Shown here: piece by piece, positions 58,942 to 64,000 of the stretch | Layout: the number at the start of each line of letters is the position of its first letter | Numbering within the stretch: the stretch's first letter is position 1 | Source: Sarcina sp. | GTDB lineage: Bacteria > Bacillota > Clostridia > Clostridiales > Clostridiaceae | Reading direction: 5' to 3' | Assembly (NCBI GenBank): GCA_051656585.1 | Contig: JBOGCE010000009.1 | Location: 49,020 to 113,019 of the forward strand | Length of the DNA: 64,000 nucleotides | Notes under the pieces: model-generated | What the model saw: only the letters and a program-made list of their open reading frames with translations | Database searches by the model: none | What the model was told of the DNA's origin: nothing | Made by a program: the position numbers and the translations under genes

Positions 58942-59754
58942 ATGCAAAGATTTGATAGAAAATTAGTAATAGTAAGAGGCGGAGGAGATATAGCTACAGG
59001 GGTTATACAAAAATTAAAACGTGCTGGATTTAATGTAGTTGTATTAGAAAGCTCTAAACCTAGTAGTATTCGAAGAAATGTTTGTCTAAGTGAAGCTATT
59101 TATAATGGTGAAGCTAAGGTAGAAGATATTAAAGCTATAAGGGTTAATGATATTAATCATGTGAATGATGTATTAAATCATGGTGATATAGCTATGTTAG
59201 TAGATGAAACAGGTGAATGTATTAAATATCTTAGAGGTATAGCAGTTATTGATGCTATATTAGCTAAAAAAAATATAGGTACTAATAGGGCTATGGCACC
59301 AATTACCATAGGACTAGGACCAGGATTTGAAGCAGGAGAAGATGTTGATATTGTTGTTGAAACAATGAGAGGGCATAATCTTGGAAGACTTATTTTCAAT
59401 GGTTTTGCTAAAGAAAATACAGGAGTTCCTGGTGCTATAGCAGGAGTTGCTGAAGATAGAGTAATTTATAGTGAAGCAGATGGGATTTTCAAAGGTATTA
59501 AGAAAATTGGAGATATTGTAAAAGCAGGTGAAGTTATAGCAACAGTTAGTGGATATGACGTTAAATCTAAAATTGATGGAGTCTTAAGAGGTCTTATAAG
59601 AGATGATTTTGAGGTTACTAAGGGATTTAAGATTGCTGACGTAGATCCAAGACTTGCAGAAAAAGAAAATTGTGATACTATATCAGATAAGGCTAGAGCT
59701 GTTGGTGGAGCTACATTAGAAGCTCTTATGATAATGTTAGAAAAATTAAAATAA
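58942..59754 (+). CDS. yqeB: Selenium-dependent molybdenum hydroxylase accessory protein (YqeB/EF2563 family)
   Basis: VRGGGDIATG, IDAILAK, LGPGF, ETMRGH.LG, GVLRGL, DVDPR, SDKARAVGG. Confidence 0.92.
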   Translation: MQRFDRKLVIVRGGGDIATGVIQKLKRAGFNVVVLESSKPSSIRRNVCLSEAIYNGEAKVEDIKAIRVNDINHVNDVLNHGDIAMLVDETGECIKYLRGIAVIDAILAKKNIGTNRAMAPITIGLGPGFEAGEDVDIVVETMRGHNLGRLIFNGFAKENTGVPGAIAGVAEDRVIYSEADGIFKGIKKIGDIVKAGEVIATVSGYDVKSKIDGVLRGLIRDDFEVTKGFKIADVDPRLAEKENCDTISDKARAVGGATLEALMIMLEKLK

Positions 59755-59860
59755 AATTGAATTATATGTAAGAAGTTTGAGTTTAATAAGAATAATTTAG
59801 CTTATCAATCTGATAAGCTGTTATAAAACTTCTTAAAACATTAAAAAAACAAGGTTTGAA

Positions 59861-59900
59861 GGGTATTATCAAAATGATAATACCCTTTTCATATTGATAA
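59861..59900. promoter_or_regulatory. Tandem putative enhancer sites (UAS)
   Basis: GGGTATTATCAAAATGATAATACCC (59861-59885) and TTTTCATATTGATAA (59886-59900); a further TTATCAATCTGATAA at 59802-59816. Confidence 0.7.
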
Positions 59901-59979
59901 ACACTTGTAAATTTTTACTTAAAATACTATGAGATGTGCAAAAAATGTGACAACTTTTATAGTTTTTAAAGATTTTAGT

Positions 59980-59994
59980 TGGCATATTAATTGC
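59980..59994 (+). promoter_or_regulatory. Sigma-54 (-24/-12) promoter of the ssnA operon
   Basis: TGGCATATTAATTGC. Confidence 0.85.
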
Positions 59995-60095
59995 TAGTAA
60001 TATAAAAAGATAGAAATAGTTATGTTGTTAAGAAAACGTATTACATAGAACTATTATCAATAATATAAGGAAGTTAAGCTATAGGAGGTTTTAAG

Positions 60096-61424
60096 ATGAT
60101 TATTGTAGGAAATGGAACACTAGTTGCAAGAGATGGAAAAAATACATTTTTAGAAAATGGTGCAGTTGTAATTGACGGAACTAAAATACTTGAGGTTGGA
60201 AATACTGAGGAGTTAAAGGGCAAATATCCAAATGCTGAATTTATAAATGCAGATGGAAATCTTATTATGCCAGGTCTTATAAATGCTCACCATCATATAT
60301 ATAGTGCATTTGCTAGAGGAATAATGTTAAACAATCCGCCAGCGACATGTTTTACAGATATATTAAAAAATATGTGGTGGAAAATAGATAAAAAATTAAC
60401 ACTTGAAGATGTTAAATATAGTGGTTATGCAACAATGATTGATTGTGTTAAAAAAGGTGTGACAACTATATTTGATCACCATGCTAGTCCACATGCTGTT
60501 GAAGGAAGCTTATTCACACTTGCTGATGTAGCTAAAGAAGTAGGACTTAGAGCTTCTTTATGTTATGAAACATCAGATAGAGATGGAGAGGCAATTGCTG
60601 ACGCAGGAATTAAGGAAAATGTAGATTTTATAAAATATGCTATGAAAGATGATTCAAAAATGCTAAATGGAATGTTTGGTATGCATGCACAATTTACTTT
60701 AAGTGATAAAACTATGGAAAAATCAGTTGCAGCAATGCAAGGTCTTGATGCAGGATATCACGTACATGCAGCTGAAGGTATAGAAGATTTACAAGCATGC
60801 CTTAAAGATCATGGAAAAAGAGTAATTGAAAGATTAATGGATTTTGATATTCTTGGAGAAAAAACTTTAGCTGTTCATGGTATTCATATTAATTCAAGAG
60901 AAATGGATATTTTAAAAGATACTAACACAACAGTAGTTAATAACCCAGAATCAAATATGGGAAATGCTGTAGGTTGTGCTCCTACTATGGAAATGATGAA
61001 AAGAGGAATTAATGTAGGTCTTGGTACAGATGGTTACACAAGTGATATGTTTGAGTCAATGAAAGTTGGAAATATAATTCATAAACATAATTTATGTGAT
61101 TCAAATGTAGCATGGGGAGAAATTCCAACTATGTTCTTCGAAAATAATAAATCTATTGCCACAAATCATTTTGGTACAAAGATTGGTTCTTTAGAAAAAG
61201 GAGCTGTTGCGGACGTAATTGTTGTGGAATATGATCCATTAACACCTATGTGTGCTGATAATATAGATGGACATTTATTATTTGGTGTAGATGGAAATAG
61301 TACATTAACAACTATTATTAATGGTAACGTTGTTATGAAAAATAGAGTTTTAGTAAATATAGATGAAAAAGCTATGATGAGAAAATGTAGAGAAGTTTCA
61401 GGTAAACTTTGGACTAAATTTTAA
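60096..61424 (+). CDS. ssnA: SsnA-family amidohydrolase
   Basis: PGLINAHHHIYSAFARG, DHHAS, HAQFT, HAAEG, NPESNMGN, LGTDG. Confidence 0.92.
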   Translation: MIIVGNGTLVARDGKNTFLENGAVVIDGTKILEVGNTEELKGKYPNAEFINADGNLIMPGLINAHHHIYSAFARGIMLNNPPATCFTDILKNMWWKIDKKLTLEDVKYSGYATMIDCVKKGVTTIFDHHASPHAVEGSLFTLADVAKEVGLRASLCYETSDRDGEAIADAGIKENVDFIKYAMKDDSKMLNGMFGMHAQFTLSDKTMEKSVAAMQGLDAGYHVHAAEGIEDLQACLKDHGKRVIERLMDFDILGEKTLAVHGIHINSREMDILKDTNTTVVNNPESNMGNAVGCAPTMEMMKRGINVGLGTDGYTSDMFESMKVGNIIHKHNLCDSNVAWGEIPTMFFENNKSIATNHFGTKIGSLEKGAVADVIVVEYDPLTPMCADNIDGHLLFGVDGNSTLTTIINGNVVMKNRVLVNIDEKAMMRKCREVSGKLWTKF

Positions 61425-61452
61425 TCAATAATTGAAACTAGGAGTGATTTCA

Positions 61453-62850
61453 ATGGGAACTATATTAACTAGGGGAAAATTAGTTAATGCTGATAAAACT
61501 ATAGAGAGTGATATTCGTTTTGAAAATGGCGTTATTACTGAAATAGGGAATAATATTGTAAGAAGAGATAATGACGAAGTAATAGATGTTAATGGTTCTT
61601 ATATTATTCCGGGGGGAATTGATACACACACACACTTTGACTTAGACACAGGTGCAATGTTAACAGCAGATGACTTTAAGACAGGAAGTAAAGCAGCTAT
61701 TTGTGGTGGAACAACAATGATTATGGATTTTGCAACACAAGATAAAGGTGGAACTTTAGAAGATGCATTAGAAGTTTGGCATAAAAAAGCTGATGGTGTT
61801 TCATTCTGTGATTATGGTTTCCATATGGCTATTACAGATTGGAATGAAAGAACTTCAGAGTCAATGCAAACAATGGTTGATGAAGGTGTAAGTTCATTTA
61901 AGATGTATATGGCATATAAAGGAACTTTGCAAGTTAATGATTCAGAAATATATGAAGGTCTAAAAAGAAGTACAGAAGTTGGCGGAATTATAGGTTTCCA
62001 TTGTGAAAATGGAGATTTAGTTGTTGAGAAAGTAAGCGAACTAAAAAAAGAAGGGTTATTAGAACCTAAATATCATCCACTTTCAAGACCTAGTATTTTA
62101 GAAGAGGAAGCTATTTCTAGAGTTACTAAGATAGCTGAATTTGCAAAAGCACCTTTATATATTGTTCATTTGAGTAGTGAATTAGGATATAAAGAAGCTA
62201 TAAGAGCTAGAAATGCTGGAGTAGAAATCTACTTAGAAACTTGTCCACAATATTTATTATTAGATGACAGTAAGTATGAGCCAACATGGGGAGATCCTTT
62301 TAATGGAGCTAAATATGTAATGTCACCACCACTTAGAAAGACAAGTGATAACGAAGCTTTATGGAAAGGCCTTCAAAATGGTGATATAGAGATTACAGGA
62401 ACAGACCATTGTTCATTTAATTATGAAGGACAAAAAACACAAGGAAAACATGACTTTAGTAAAATTCCAAATGGTGCACCAGGAGTTGAACATAGAATGC
62501 TTACAATGTATCAATCTGGAGTTGCAGAAAATAAAATTTCTATAAATAAATATGTTGATCTTACATCAACAAAAGCAGCTAAATTATTTGGAATGTATCC
62601 AAGAAAAGGTGTAATTGAATGTGGTAGTGATGCTGATTTAGTAGTTTTAAATCCTAATAAATCATTTGTTATTACAGCAGAAAATCAGCATCAAAATGTT
62701 GATTATACACCATATGAAGGATTTAAAGTTGATGCAAATATAGATTATGTTTTTCTTGGCGGAGAAAAAGTTGTTGAAAATAATGAGCTAAATCTTGATG
62801 AAGCTAAAGGTAAATATATTAAGAGAAATGCGTTTAAAGGAGAGTGTTAG
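61453..62850 (+). CDS. hydA: Dihydropyrimidinase / D-hydantoinase (HyuA-like)
   Basis: PGGIDTHTH, SSFKMYMAY, HCENG, VHLS, MSPPLR, GTDHCSF, PNGAPG. Confidence 0.92.
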   Translation: MGTILTRGKLVNADKTIESDIRFENGVITEIGNNIVRRDNDEVIDVNGSYIIPGGIDTHTHFDLDTGAMLTADDFKTGSKAAICGGTTMIMDFATQDKGGTLEDALEVWHKKADGVSFCDYGFHMAITDWNERTSESMQTMVDEGVSSFKMYMAYKGTLQVNDSEIYEGLKRSTEVGGIIGFHCENGDLVVEKVSELKKEGLLEPKYHPLSRPSILEEEAISRVTKIAEFAKAPLYIVHLSSELGYKEAIRARNAGVEIYLETCPQYLLLDDSKYEPTWGDPFNGAKYVMSPPLRKTSDNEALWKGLQNGDIEITGTDHCSFNYEGQKTQGKHDFSKIPNGAPGVEHRMLTMYQSGVAENKISINKYVDLTSTKAAKLFGMYPRKGVIECGSDADLVVLNPNKSFVITAENQHQNVDYTPYEGFKVDANIDYVFLGGEKVVENNELNLDEAKGKYIKRNAFKGEC

Positions 62851-62853
62851 AGA

Positions 62854-64000
62854 ATGTATGAGTTTATTTTAAATGGAAAAAAAGTAAGTTCAGAAGAAAA
62901 TGAAAAATTACTTCATTTTTTAAGAGATAAGCAAGGTATAAAGTCAATTAAAAATGGTTGTGATGAAGGGGCTTGTGGAGCTTGTACACTATTAATAGAC
63001 GGTGTAGCTACAAAAGCTTGTGTCCAACCTCTTGAGAAGGTTCAAGGTAAAACAGTAACAACTATAGAAGGATTTACTGAAAGAGAAAAAGAAGTATTTG
63101 CATATGCTTTTACAGAAGCAGGAGCAGTACAATGTGGATTCTGTATACCAGGGATGGTTATAGCAGCAAAAAGTTTATTCAATAAAGAATTAAATCCATC
63201 AAAAGATGATGTGAAAAAAGCTTTAAGAGGTAATATTTGCAGATGTACAGGATATGTAAAAATAGAAGAAGCTATAATGCTTGCAGCAAAATTGTTTAGA
63301 GAAGATATAGCAGTTCCAAAAAGAGTATGTAAAGGTCTTGTTGGAGAAAATACTCATAAGGTTGATGCAGAAGCTAAAACATTAGGAACAGCAACATATG
63401 CAGATGATCTATATTTTGATGGAATGTTATATGGTGGTGCTTTAAGACCAGAACATGCTAGAGAGTTAGTTAAGAAAATAGATATTTCTAAAGCTGTAGC
63501 TATGGATGGAGTAGAAGCTGTAGTATTAGCTAAAGATGTTCCTGGAGATAGAATTCTTGGACACTTAAAACAGGATTGGCCAGCTTTAATAGCAGAGGGT
63601 GAAGAAACAAGATATGTTGGAGATGCCTTAGCATTAGTTGCAGCTAGAGATAAGAAAACTTTAAAAGAAGCGTTAGCAGCTATAGTGGTTGAAGCAGATA
63701 GGTTAGAGCCTGTTACTGAAATTGAAGACGCAATGAAAGAAGATGCACCTAAAATACATGCTGACGGTAATCTTTTAGCTCATGAAAAATTGAATTTTGG
63801 AGATGCTGATAAAGCAATTAAAGAATCAAAATATGTTTATGAGGAAGATTTTGTAGTTCCTCCAACAGAACATGCTTTTATGGAACCAGAAGCAGCGGTA
63901 GCAAGATATGAAGATGGAATATTAACTGTTTATACAGGTGGACAAGGTATTTATGATGAAGTTCATGAAGTAGGAAAATTATTAGGATTAAGTCCTAAAG
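62854..64000 (+). CDS. xdh: Selenium-dependent xanthine dehydrogenase-type molybdenum hydroxylase (fused 2Fe-2S + Mo domains); 3'-truncated by window
   Basis: Open to the window end and absent from the ORF track: MYEFILNGK...KNGCDEGACGAC...QCGFCIPG...NICRCTGY...YADDL...HAFMEPE. Confidence 0.9.
   Translation, partial: MYEFILNGKKVSSEENEKLLHFLRDKQGIKSIKNGCDEGACGACTLLIDGVATKACVQPLEKVQGKTVTTIEGFTEREKEVFAYAFTEAGAVQCGFCIPGMVIAAKSLFNKELNPSKDDVKKALRGNICRCTGYVKIEEAIMLAAKLFREDIAVPKRVCKGLVGENTHKVDAEAKTLGTATYADDLYFDGMLYGGALRPEHARELVKKIDISKAVAMDGVEAVVLAKDVPGDRILGHLKQDWPALIAEGEETRYVGDALALVAARDKKTLKEALAAIVVEADRLEPVTEIEDAMKEDAPKIHADGNLLAHEKLNFGDADKAIKESKYVYEEDFVVPPTEHAFMEPEAAVARYEDGILTVYTGGQGIYDEVHEVGKLLGLSPK

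Noticed and set aside
59861-59900. Reading the TTATCA-N3-TGATAA repeats as Fur boxes
   Set aside because: The half-sites are in the opposite arrangement to the Fur TGATAAT-N-ATTATCA box, and tandem spacing does not rebuild a 7-1-7 site. Position relative to -24/-12 promoters fits an enhancer better, though this is not excluded experimentally.
43831-64000. Selenocysteine (in-frame TGA) read-through in the selenium-linked locus
   Set aside because: All enzyme ORFs are intact without needing TGA recoding. yqeB-type selenium use is a labile cofactor, not Sec.
1-64000. Mobile elements, prophage, CRISPR array, rRNA/tRNA, anti-phage defence systems
   Set aside because: No transposase, integrase, phage structural gene, regularly spaced repeat array, tRNA-like or rRNA sequence, or recognisable defence gene was seen.

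Overview
A low-GC, Clostridiaceae-type chromosomal segment with mostly + strand genes. I found no rRNA, tRNA, CRISPR array, transposase, integrase or prophage. From 1 to about 43.5 kb it is largely housekeeping and accessory genes: the 3' end of a modular carbohydrate-binding protein, a small alarmone synthetase, leuS with a Leu T-box, a nine-gene aroF-aroB-aroA-aroC-pheA-aroE-aroK-aroQ-tyrA operon, rnz, tandem nitroreductases, an orphan BlaI/BlaR1-type pair, MerR and LysR regulators, a stand-alone trpB under a Trp T-box, fba and transporters. From 43.8 kb to the end is a sigma-54-controlled, selenium/molybdenum-linked anaerobic purine (urate) catabolism locus: YgfM/XdhD-like hydroxylase, YgeV-like activator, dpaL, ygeY, ridA, yqeB, ssnA, hydA and a truncated Se-dependent xdh, plus extra enzymes and transporters. 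The best unannotated signals are: (1) a Phe/Tyr-rich leader peptide with attenuator-like geometry in front of the aro operon; (2) three sigma-54 promoters sharing an upstream TTATCA-N3-TGATAA motif; (3) a stand-alone DHODH-fold flavoprotein lacking the catalytic SCP motif; (4) switch-like structured leaders in front of PnuC-like and paired PQ-loop transporters; (5) a promoter-to-terminator sRNA candidate; (6) a secreted cell-wall-binding gene broken by a 1-nt homopolymer frameshift. All calls come from reading motifs by eye, with no database search or folding program run. Several starts were moved from the ORF track to RBS-supported codons.
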